Source: Octopus vulgaris
Taxonomy: Eukaryota
DNA: 64,000 bases
Assembly: GCA_951406725.2 (NCBI GenBank)
Contig: OX597815.1
Coordinates: 124,434,001-124,498,000 of the forward strand
Direction: 5' to 3'
This document shows, one piece after another, positions 1-13,930 of the stretch. The translations under genes and the position numbers were made by a program. A model generated the notes under the pieces. The model ran no database searches and had not been told where the DNA came from. It worked only from the letters and a program-made list of their open reading frames with translations. Positions within the stretch are counted from its first letter, which is position 1; each line of letters starts with the position of its first letter.

Positions 1-345
1 TACCACTGAATCTTCGTACTCTTTTGAACTATCACGGGTTTCACTGGATATTTTCGTTTATGTAAATCGCTCTAATCTACCACGACTTTTGAACTTTGTG
101 AACTTTCTGAACTTTTAAACTCCGTACGTTAATACTTTGCCATTCTCTCTTTTTTAACCTTTCTTGTTTTTCTTTTCTCTTTTTTTTTTTCAGCATGTTC
201 ACACGTTTTTTTTTATTCTTTCTCTATTTATTTCCTCTTATTCCTCGAAATGTAAAAGACTTTTCCATTTTTCCGAGCGTCAAACTAATACACATGTTTG
301 TTGTTCCTACACTTGTCTTTGTCTTTTGTTTTTCTATAAATCTGA

Positions 346-349
<4 letters not shown>
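1..349 (+). mobile_element. 3' end of a Penelope-like (PLE-type) non-coding repeat, hammerhead 5' half deleted
   Basis: 201-349 aligns with 54899-55054 (TCGAAAYGTAAAAGACTT...CCGAGCGYCAAACTAATACAC...TTTTGTTTTTCTRTAAATYTGAACTA) but lacks the CTGTTGA/stem II segment; ends directly in (TA)n. Whether 1-200 belongs to the element is uncertain. Confidence 0.6.
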
Positions 350-1177
<828 letters not shown>

Positions 1178-1562
1178 AAGAGGGAGGGGCGAGAGAGAGA
1201 GATAGGAGAGAGCGAGAAAGAGAGAAAGCACAAAATTACCGAGTGGATTATGGTAATGAGATTGGTTCCAAATTACCAATTCAGTTACTTTGCAGTTGTT
1301 TATATGCAGAACACTGTATTCTCTCGTTGATAAGTAGCAGGTCAGCTTAAAATTTTCCTTCGTTACATCCACGGTGGTTTTAGATTCGAGACAACAGGTT
1401 TGGATCACTCTTAGTTTCTCCCCTTTACTTTTGTAGAGTCAGCATGAGTGAATCTTAGCTTGTCTTCGCCCTCAAGGTCATTGAACTAGAATTAAGCACC
1501 GGTTACCACAAAACTCTTACTTTTTAATGATGCCCATTCACACTCACACACATGCACACAAA

Positions 1563-1720
<158 letters not shown>

Positions 1721-2632
1721 ATTCTGTCTTTCTTCCTGCTTGAGTGTGTATTAGTAAATGTTGGTGTATTGGTTCACTTTTTAACAGAAGTTTAAGCTTC
1801 TTAAATCGAAACTTTCTGTTAATTCGTTAAAACAATCGTTCAGATCTTAAGAACAATCGGAACCTTCAAATTCAGATTTATGGGCCAAGAAGTGGAGATT
1901 ACTATTGCTCACACACATAATGCACAGGCAGTTTGTGCTAGACAATAATGTTGATGGCTTGCAACAACACTTACACTATCAAGTTTCCACTTCTTACACA
2001 CAGAAAAATAAAGGAGATTATCTTGACATCTTTCATGACTGGTTAGTTACTCTTTAGAGACTAAGTAGCCCTCGTTCTCCTATGTATGGTAAGAACTGAA
2101 AAACAATATTTAAATAAAATCAAACAATGACCTTGCTTAACTGGTTAAGCAAATTTGCGTATCGTGCATTTGTAGGCGATGTGATAAAATTATTAATTAA
2201 TATTTTATGCAGAGATAGCACTTATTAGAAAACCTAAGTAAAATTTAATGTAGTTAATTTACACTTGATAACATCTTCACAGTAGAAAGTAAACAAGCGT
2301 ATACACATTTTGTTATCTTTTCGCACACAGCGTATTCGTTATAAACTATAAACTATTTACATTAAATATATCTTCGATTTTGGCGCATAAAATATTTATT
2401 ATTTAATCACGCCCCCAACAAAGATAAACAAGCAAGTTAGCCATTTCAGAAAGACTCAGGTTTGCGTGTAATTTATATAGTGAATGTTTTTCAGTTCCTT
2501 TCTTAAGCAGAAAAATGAGTACTTGTTCTCTGAAAAATGACTGTCCAGCCATGAAACATATCAGAAACATCTCCTTTAGTTTTTTTCTGTGCAAACATAA
2601 ATATATATGAAAATTTTCGCGCCGGTAAGCCA

Positions 2633-3273
2633 TATCAGTTCTCGGCTGTTACTCCTAGAGTACAGACGTGTAGTGCGCACTCGTCAGATTTTTGTTTTCA
2701 CCGAACGCATCGAGCAGAGTTATTGCATCAAGTTTTGCCAAAAGCTTGGAGATACTCCAGTTCAAGCCAGCCAGAAGATTCAGCAGACCTTTGGCAATGA
2801 TACTATGGGCAAAATTCAGATTAAGGAGTAATAAAATTGCTTCAAACATGACCACAACTCAGTGGAGAGTGACGTACGCTCAGACAGGTCATCCACAAGT
2901 CGAAAGGAGAAGCCGAGAAGGTTAAGTGAATAGTCATAGAAGACTTTCGTGTAATAATTAAGGAAATCGCTCACGAAGTGGGAATAAGCACAAGATCAGT
3001 GTAAACCATTGTAACGGAGTATTAGCGCATGCCGAGAGTGTCAGCGAAATTCTTCCCGAGAGTGCTGGCGGAGCAGCAAAAGCAACTACGCTCACGACAC
3101 GTTGGACTGTGCAAACCATGACCCAGACTTCATGAAGGGCATCACCACTGATGACGATGAAACATGAGTTTATGGTCTCTGCTCGATGTGTTCGATTATC
3201 TTGCGTGAAAACGAAAATCTGATGGGTGCGCACTACACGTCTGTACTCTAGGCATAATAGCCGGGAACTGATA
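2633..3273. mobile_element. Mariner-derived fold-back element (5' region duplicated in inverted orientation)
   Basis: Inverted arms 2633-2719 and 3177-3273 (TATCAGTTCYCGGCTRTTA...CCTAGAGTACAGACGTGTAGTGCGCAC...) enclose a transposase fragment. Confidence 0.9.
2700..3176 (+). pseudogene. Mariner transposase N-terminal half, disrupted
   Basis: Translates to ERIEQSYCIKFCQKLGD...IKEIAHEVGIS...RVSAKFFPR...ANHDPDFMKGITTDDDET*VYG: mariner HTH domains, WVP-type linker and first catalytic Asp (TGDETW) motif, with stops and frameshifts. Confidence 0.9.
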
Positions 3274-3279
3274 CCGTGT

Positions 3280-3357
<78 letters not shown>

Positions 3358-3978
3358 AAGAAAATACTCAAAGATTGTCGCTCAACGTTCTTAAGCAAAT
3401 TTCCTGAAGGAGTTTCCGACCATCTTTATGATACATAATATGTTATATTAAATGAAAGGGCGCCTCAAAGAGTCCATAATTACGGTTAAAACAGTGATAT
3501 TTATACCTGATACTTTGTAGATTATAACGTAAATAAGAAGTGTCCATTCAATGGTCTTCGGTGATCCTCACCTACAGAAATATAGGAGCTGTAGAGTAAT
3601 GCTAATTTAGTTGATGTTTAGAAGAGCGTTATAGTTTGCTAGAAGCATCGTAGTATAGAAGTAGAAAGAATAATAAATGATATGAGAAATAAGGAAAGCT
3701 TCTAACAATGGAGAAAGTTTTACAAACCTTTATATTTCGGGCGTAAAGGCATATCTTCAGAAGAATACAGTCAAAGAAATGTGTTTACATAGATCCTGCC
3801 ATTTTGGATAGCGGGATATACTACAAATGTAAAAAACTGGTGTGTATTTGTTTGTAGCGTTGTTTTATTGATGTTGATGAAACGTGACACGTGAGTAGAA
3901 CTCATGTCTGGAAACTTCGTGACATACTTAGATTGTTGAAAAAAATCGATAATAGGGCCCTTTCAATGGACCCTTATA

Positions 3979-4850
<872 letters not shown>

Positions 4851-6183
4851 CACTGCGTGTATGAATTTGATTTACTGCGGTACACAGTGCGTAAATTTGT
4901 TTGCAATAATCTATATGTGATTTGAGGAGAATTTGATTCCTATTTTGAGCACGTTGAGTAACAACGTAGAAGCTCCTCGGGCAACTGATTTAATATTTCC
5001 CATTATCTTATGGATCCTTTTCTTTAATATTGTAAAGAGTGATTTAAAGAAGATTTGGTTACTATTTCTAGCAAGTTAAAAAACTACACAAATCTTCTCA
5101 GGTCATCTAAGATTGTAAGATCTTGTGTTTCAAGCAAATGAGCACTGATTGTATGGGAAGGCGAACTGATTTTCTTCAAAGGAGATTGATAGCGCTAAAG
5201 AGGGAATGAAAGAAGTGTGATTTCAGCAAGTTATACGATAATATGTGTGTCTGTAAGTGTGTGTGCACGCGCGCATGCATACACGTATGAATGTACGTAT
5301 ACACTCGTATTAGATGTCCGATATGTAAGACAGCGGATGAACCTATTTCATTTTCACAAGCCCGGTGTTTCCGATATGAGGTATGTGCGCAAGCACACAC
5401 ACATGCATACACAAAAACATACACACTGTGTGTGTGTGTGTCTCTAACAATTTTTTGCTCACTCAGTTTTCACAGGCTGTAACAACACACGAAAGTACTA
5501 ACAGAAAAGCACCCGCATGCATAAATATATTCATTGATGAAGACATACAATTGCAAGTACACGTTGACATAAATATCTACAGTTCACAAGCAGGCACCCA
5601 CACATACTCAGAGACATGCACGAACATATGTACAAAAATAACTTGCTTCTACTAGCTTGTATGCACGAAGACAGACGTGATTTTGTACACACACACACTC
5701 TCTCTCTCTCTGTCTGTCTCTCTCTCTCATACACACACAGACACAGACACACACTGAGATATATGTGGGGTGGTGCGGTCCGTCTATTTCCTATCGTCGC
5801 TCAGCTATGTTTCTCTTTGCACACTGATCACTGATCACCTGACACCTACGCACTTTGAATATGTTAGGTGTGTGCTTGTGCGTCTGTGTGTGTGTGTGTG
5901 TTTGGTTATAATGAGTGAGGTGGATAGATGTCTAGTCTGTCGACGACAATCGAGTTAAACTATAGTGGACTGCTTAAAACTAGACGTATTATTTACCATA
6001 TAAGCTAGCTACCTTTATGGAGCACATAAAAGCAGGTTTCCCCCTTTACTAGGTAGCCGTCGTCTCCTTTCTACAACACCTCTTCCTTCATATCCTCTTT
6101 CCAAACAAGTTAAACAAGTATAGTGGGATTTTTTTGGTTTGGTGAGAGAATATTGATAAATTGTTGAATATCAGTCTGCATAA

Positions 6184-6271
6184 AGAAGAAGAAGAAGAAG
6201 AAGAAGGAGAAGGAGAAGAAGAAGAAGAAGAAGAAGAAGAAGAAGAAGAAGAAGAAGAAGAAGAAGAAGAA
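6184..6271. repeat. (GAA)n microsatellite
   Basis: Direct reading. Confidence 0.95.
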
Positions 6272-7045
6272 TGTGAAAAAGAAGAGTAAAAGCGATGACG
6301 ATGAGTATATTTACTCGCGGGTCAGCTACTTTGTCCTATTTTTAATTGGTGTCATGTAGGTCGAGAACCAACTCCCTCCTATTCTTTCTCCCTCACTAAC
6401 ACCAACACGGTTCATTGAGAAAATATGAACTCACTCGCATAAGAAACACATGCGTCGTATAATTTTACACGAGTTTCGTTGAGATGTAATTCTCATCTCA
6501 AAGGATTCACTCAGTACAGTCCACAAACAGGGGTAGGAGAGGAACAATAGCGTCCCTAACTGAAGAATAGCGTCCTTATATACACACACACACACGCACA
6601 CACGCACAGATACAGAGAGACAGACTGACAGACATACACACAGACAGACACAAACACATGCACACACAAGCATATATTAAAGATGCTATGTTATATTGAA
6701 TTGTTATATTGATAAACAAATTATACATGGTGGTGAAAAGGGATTGTTTTTGAAACGGTTGCATAATAAAACACATTTAGTGAAGAAATAATAATTGAAG
6801 TTACAAGCATTGAAACAGAAATCACTCAATTTTGATCACGTCGAGGAATGTATAAAATAGACAATGGATATCATAAAACGTCAGAGTTGCTTGTCTAGCA
6901 CGATGCAAATCTCAGTGGCAAAAATGTTTTGAATATGAAGCAGCAACATGGAACATATGAATTTGAGACAGAAACCAAAGAAGCCTCATTTAAAGAACTC
7001 AGTGGATTTCTCAAGGTGAAGACGTGTAAAAAGATGCAGGGTCAC

Positions 7046-7720
7046 CAGTGGCGACTCGTATATAGGCACTTCGAAACTGCAGCACCCCTATTTCCACTCG
7101 ATATTATCGATAACATTCAATATAATGAGTCCTTTTTCCTTTAATTCTTTCTTTATATTTGTATATTATATAATCCTTAAGCTTAATGTCAGTAGCCATC
7201 CCCTAGTCCATGAAGAAAAATGCAAAAATCCTTCTGTAGAATTGTGCGCTTCACAGTTCCAGCGACGCTGTGTTTGGCTGTCCGAGACAGGAGGCTTCAC
7301 GCTAGGTAGTGAGAGCACTGTCGTTCACGCAGTGTCGGTGAAAGGTAGTGTTTCTTTTTGACTGCGCGTGCTTACAAACGTGTTTATATTCTTGAACGTG
7401 ATAAAGTGTAGAATTAGATTATTATCCTGCTTTCAGCTTCAGTATTTCTGCCAGGATGTGAAAAATAGGGCAGATTTTCACCCCTTATATTTTCCCTCTT
7501 ATTTTTTGATTTAGTGGGGATTTTTGAAAAACAAGGGGGAATTTGCGGCGGTGTTCAGTGAACAAATTAAACACACTGCTCGACAGTGGCTAAAACGCGA
7601 ACCAATCAAGTTTATGTATAAATTTTCTTTTTATATATTTCCTTTTACACAGTATTAAAACAGCAGCTCAAAATTTTCTCAAGCAGCACCCCCACTAATT
7701 TTATCTACGAGCCGCCACCG
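7046..7720. mobile_element. hAT-type MITE
   Basis: TIRs CAGTGGCGACTCGTA / TACGAGCCGCCACCG; 8-bp TSD AGGGTCAC (7038-7045) / AGGGTCCC (7721-7728); subterminal GCAGCACCCC near both ends. Confidence 0.85.
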
Positions 7721-8704
7721 AGGGTCCCTAAAAAGCTAAAATAAGATAGGAGAAAGGCTTGCAGTACTTAGTTACAGTTCTTCACGTGCTATGTCCAAAT
7801 GTCACGGAGTCAATTTTACTTTCAATAGTGTTTAGAATAGTCACTTAGGTCGATTTAATAGTCCTATAAAGCAAGTACTCAGATCAGTTTAGTTTTTCTA
7901 TGGATATCCTATCACACATAGGTTGAAGCCCATTGTCTTACTATTATAGCTCTATTTTGTGATTTTTAAACCTAGGAAAGCAACCGGACAGTTCAGTCAA
8001 TTATACCCTTCTCTCATCTTTGTGACTTTCTTCAGTACATTATATCATACCTTATTGAGTAACACTTAACTGAATTCATGGCACAGTAACTTGGCACAAG
8101 GGAAGTAGTCAATTCATTGACTCTAGACTGATACATAAAACTCCTTGGTTAAGTTCCTGTAACTTACATGCTACACGCTATGATATTTCACGATATTTTG
8201 GCACGCTATTTTGAACTGGATTAAAAAAATACCAATCACCCCACTCTTAATGCATTAATACCTGCCCCCTTTGTATAAAGTGAAAAGTAATTATTATTTG
8301 GAATACATTGCTGTTCAAATTCCAGTTTAAGCTGTATTTGTTTTTTATTTTTATTTTATATTTTGTGTTCCGCTATGATATACGAGCTGCATTGGAAGCA
8401 CTGGGTGCAGCTGTTCGTGACTGTGCATCTGCAATAGACTTTACTTATCCCGAGTCATTTCGATTTACGTATATTGAAATATAGAATTTAGTTGCGAAAA
8501 GTGAATATTTAAATGGTTTAAATGACTCTGAGGAAGTTATGTCATACAAGTACTCAGCTGGAAATGCAATGCATCTGACACGCAATTCTTGTTCCTTTGT
8601 CATGCATTAATTGAGTCTCTCTATATGATGCTTTACTGATACTTTGATGAGCAAGTATAGTGAGTTTCAACAACTGGTTATTAGTATCGCTTTACTAAGC
8701 GAAA

Positions 8705-8738
<34 letters not shown>

Positions 8739-8745
8739 CTATCTA

Positions 8746-8795
<50 letters not shown>

Positions 8796-9321
8796 GAGAG
8801 AGAGAGAGAGAGAGAGAGTGAGAGAGAGAGAGAGTGAGAGAGAGAGAGAAAGAGAGAAATTGTTATCTTTATCTTATTTAATAATTTGTCCAAGGACAAC
8901 ATCTCTTATGAACTTGCAGTGTTAATAACGTAATAATCATAGACGAACATTCGTTCCAGTAGCAGCTAGCGAATGCGCAACATGCATTTCAGCTTTTTGG
9001 GCTATTTCAACAGCACATACGCGCTGTCAGTTACATGCTCGGACGAGAATTCATCATCTTTGATAAAGGCAGAAAGCGAACAAAACATTCACTGACGTTG
9101 TGACTAGACGTCCGGCTGATTAAAGTCAGGTATATTCAATTGAGGTAGTATTTATTTAGAATAGCCATCGTGCATAATATATACATAGTGTTGATAGGCT
9201 AGTTACGGCAGTAATTGTCCTGAGGTAACTTCTTTTATGGATATGCTATGTTTTATATACACACACATACAAACACACGCATATACATAACTATAAATAT
9301 GTATGCATGTTTATATATATA

Positions 9322-9355
<34 letters not shown>

Positions 9356-9395
9356 CGTGTGTGTGTGTGCGTGCATGCATACAAAAACATAGATA

Positions 9396-9462
<67 letters not shown>

Positions 9463-10702
9463 CATGATGAAAAATAGATTGAGAGAGTGAGAAGAGGGCA
9501 CCACGTCATTCATTTTATCACTAATTAACAGTTTCCTTTGAAATTACATTTTAATATAAGTTCATGCTGAAATGATGTTTGAATTGTGTCAACTTAACCT
9601 GGATGTTTCATTTACTTAATCTTACGATAAGCAGTTATTTACTTTAGCAGTCTTTTAATTTAACTTTGGCATATAAACTAAACTCAATTTCCCAGTCGTA
9701 TTTCTAAAATAGAAAATGAACTCAAGCAGGTATAAGAGTCCGACCATACATTCATATTATTACCTGATCAGTTGCATAGTTACATCTAATTTCACTTTTA
9801 CTAAACGTTATCAAAAATATATCGTACGAATCATTTTAGCACGTCTAAATCGGATTGTTTCTTTAAAAATTGAACTTAAGCAAAATAAGGGAAGCACTCA
9901 TGACATTTACATTCAGATTGGCTTAATTGATGCAGTCCTAAGATAACTTCTTTTATGTACATTTAGATTGTTGCACATACATGTCTGTAGTAAAAATGTC
10001 TGCAGAGGAAGGATTTTCTTGTGGGACAGATTGATTAAAATTTGCTTTTAGTAAAGACGAGAAAAGACAGAATGAGAAGGATATGAAGGGGAGAGAAACA
10101 AAATTGTGGATCAGTTAGGCTTGGCCGGAGATGCTATTATCTCGCTAGGTCTATTGAAGAACAATTGTTGCTGATGCTGTTGAAAAAGCAGAAGGGAAAA
10201 CGGTGTGCAGTGTGATTGGTAAGCGAGTCTTAGTTGATTTAATGAAAATTTTCTTTTCGACAATAAAGGTTTTTCTTGAGTCTTGTAGAGTATTGGTGGT
10301 AGTGATGGTGGTGATATCCCTTTCATGTGTGATAGAGACGTAGAACTTTAGCAGTAACTTAGAGACTTAGAGAACATGCAATCCAAATATAGCGCATGAA
10401 AAGGTATACTGATAGGGTATTATATTTAAAGTGTGTTAACTGCTATTTTTATACTCTTTCATAAATTTTGGCCATCGGACATGGCCAGTGTATATATATA
10501 CGATAAAAGTAATATGGATGGCAAATTATTTTATTTGCACATTGATGTTGAAACTCGGGTTTAAGGGTAACTATTGAAATGTTTTATTTTTCATTCCCTT
10601 TGAAATTACTCTTATTCGTGGTGAGGGCTTTAACTGCCCTTTCCAGTATGTAAGGTGTTCTGTTAAGGTCACCTCTTTTGTGGATAAAAGCGTACACTAA
10701 TT

Positions 10703-10735
<33 letters not shown>

Positions 10736-13349
10736 TTCTTGACGTCATGGGACAATTGATAAATGACAGCAACTGCTGAAATCGGTGCAATCATAATGAC
10801 AGATAAGTAAATAGAAACTCTCATCAACACATATAAATATGTGCACGATGGGCTTCCCTGCGATTTCCGTCCATGAAATTCCACTCACAAAGCAGTGGTT
10901 AACATAAGGCTACAAGGTACTACTAGAAGTTACTTGACAAAGGTGCAGCACGCTGGAATAGAATCTTGAAGTCACACGATTGCGAAGCGAAATTCTTAAC
11001 GACATGTTTATTCCTCTATGTATTCGTTAGTAGGTGATATGATTGAATCAACGCCAATAAATGCCTATTTATTGAGTATAACGAAACGAAAGGCAAAGAG
11101 TTTAGTACCGTACCATAACTATACACCAACCACCTTTACCTCATTAATAATAATGTTTAGCCTAAGCGCAAGATCATATTCTTTGCGAGTAGGGGTCTGT
11201 CGGTTTAATATACCCCAGTTCTTGATATAGGATGAAAGGTAAACTTTACTCCAACGGGATTTGAATTCAGGACATAGACTGATGTAACTAACTGCCAGAA
11301 ACAACTTAGTAAGCTACGTTGTAACGTTTTTCACTTGTCTAAACTAACTGATATAGATAAATGCGAATTTCTTTTTAAAACCTTGTTTTGAATTGCCAGA
11401 CTAAAACACAAGACCGCAAATATTGCTTTTCATCCGACTGCTTGATATTTCTCTAATTATAAATAAGTAAATCAATTTATTTCCCAAAGTAGTCATATAA
11501 CTAGCTAGCTGCTAAGATATTGTATTGACTCAAAAAGCTATGTTACTGAATCGTACTTTCACCATCTGGAAATTGAATCACAAACTCAGAGATACATAGT
11601 CTGTTGCTATATCTAAGGCTAAGAAAATATGTAAATAGATTTTGGCTTCTTTATAAGCCGAAATTAATTAGCCTACTCTTGCAGAGTTGGCTGTCCTTCG
11701 AGTGCTAAAATTGTACTTATCAATAAACAAAATCAAAATTCATTCAACAGAATGACAACATTCACATTAAGAACAGTATTAATTGTTACCAACATCTGTG
11801 ACCTTATTCACAGAACTGTCATTGATTTAGAAACCTACTTTTCAATGAAATAACCTGTAATCGCTGCATCTTCCAGGAGTCGTATGCTCCCAGTCTCTAT
11901 TCTAACATATTCATCCCAAAATACCATACATTCCTCATTATAGTATGATATGAACACCATATGTGTATAAAATTATATGTGATATAAAGCTCATCTTTGA
12001 TAGGATCACTCTCTCTCCCTCCCCCATCTCTCTCTCTTTCAGGTAACTCACACAAGTTATAACGTTTGACAGCCAGGTAAATAAATTTTGACAGCTCTGT
12101 CTCGTAAACTGAGACATTTAGAATAAGGTATACCAGAAATACAAAGAAACGCCGGTAGTTACTTGTTCAATAGCATATTCTGCCACTTTGCTTCATCTCA
12201 GAATATAAGATGAAGTTAAATATGGGACAACTTCCAATTTTTTGATATATAAATAAGGTCTATGACACCTTTTCATGACATTTATATGTATATTCAGAAT
12301 AAACATTTATAATCCCATACCATTATACAAATTAGATGGAAAAGTAACTTGAAAAATTCCTCGTAAGTCAATCACTTATATGAAGTCGTTTTATAGTCTC
12401 CTCTATGATCTATCACTTCCTCTATGTCTATGTTCTAAGACAGTTTATGAAAATTGAATGTGCGAATGTTCTTACGAATGAAGATATCTTTCTAATGTCT
12501 TAGTTTCTAACGTATGTATATCAGTTAGAAAAGAATATCCATCACTCTCAAAATTTTCCAATTATGATTTACTCTCTTTTCAAGAAATTCTTCACAGGCT
12601 ACGAACCCAGGCCATCGTCAGTCACAGGAGCAAGAAACGATCATAAAATAAATATAAGGCATATGTCTTTTTTTTTTAACTAGTTTTATTATTTTCAGAA
12701 AGAAGAAATGGGAAGGGCAGAACAACATTTTCGGAGAATATAGCTGACAGCTAAAATCTGCAACAGGATGTTCTAAAATCACTTAAGCAGATTAGAAAGA
12801 TACGTCAAGACTGAGACGAGGAATTCTTCAGATATCTTGCTAGATTAGGTCTGTCAAGTATTCTGTTTATCACATAAAAGCAACAGAATAAAAACGAAAT
12901 GAAATCGAGATCAGTCGTTAGAATTTAGCCGTACATATTGGTCTGGCAATTCAGTGGCGGAATGTTTGATTGAGTATTAAAGTATTACGAGTTCAAATCG
13001 TTGCATTTATTTTGTTTGTCTAGCTGTCGACGGGGATCGGCATTAGAACTAATGGAAATGTTGCAAGTTATTTGCGGTTGACTAGTGTACTATCAAATAA
13101 AAAATGTATCTTTCTTTCTTGAACGCTATGAAAATGAAGCTAACAATTACCCGGGTTTTCGAAAGCATTTCCATTTAGGGTAACGTAGAAATGCATAAAA
13201 GGTAGGGTTATGCTGACACGAAGATATATAATGCAGAACTTGCGTTTTCCTAGTCATTAACATGAGTAATAATACCTATGGCGCAAAATATAGGGAAAAT
13301 AATCTATGCAGTTCTTGAAGTATGGGTATGAGTAATTGCTAGGCTTCGT

Positions 13350-13930
13350 GAAGGCGGCGAGCTGGCAGAAACGTTAGCACGCCGGGTGAAATGCTTTGCG
13401 GTATTTCGTCTGCCGTAACGTTCTGAGTTCAAATTCCGCCGAGGTCGACTTTGCCTTTCCTCCTTTCAGGGTCGATTAAATAAGTACCAGTTACTGGGGT
13501 CGATATAATCAACTTAATCCGTTTGTCTGTCCTTGTTTGTCCTCTCTGTGTTTAGCCCCTTGTGGGTAGTAAAGAAATAGGTATTTCATTTGCCGTTACG
13601 TTCTGAGTTCAAATTCCGCCGAGGTTGACTTTGCCTTTCATCCTTTCAGTGTCGATGTAATCGACTTAATCCCTTTGTTTGTCCTTGTATGTCGCCTCTA
13701 TGTTTAGCCCCTTGTGGCAATAAAGAAATATGAAACGTTAGCACGCCGGCCGAAATGTTTTGTTGTATTTCGTCTGTCTGCGTTCTGAGTTCAAATTTCG
13801 CGGAGGTTGATTTTGCTTTTCATCCTTTAGGGGTCAATAAATTAAATACCAGTTGCGTACTGAGGTAGACCTAATCGACTGGCTCCCTCCCGCCAAATTT
13901 CGGGCCGTGTGCCTAGAGTAGAAAAGAATG
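13350..13930 (+). mobile_element. Trimeric tRNA-derived SINE array (family B) with 12-bp TSD
   Basis: Head GGCGGCGAGCTGGCAGAAACGTTAGC, box B GAGTTCAAATTCC and central GTCGACTTTGCCTTTCATCCTTTC block in three units; flanked by GCTAGGCTTCGT at 13338-13349 and 13931-13942. Confidence 0.9.

Noticed and set aside
3149-3166. CTGATGA-CGAT-GAAAC hammerhead-like string
   Set aside because: No helix II is possible, and it lies in the mariner TGDET codons.
9141-9162. TGAGGTAGTA, a let-7-like start
   Set aside because: Only 10 nt match and no complementary arm is visible.
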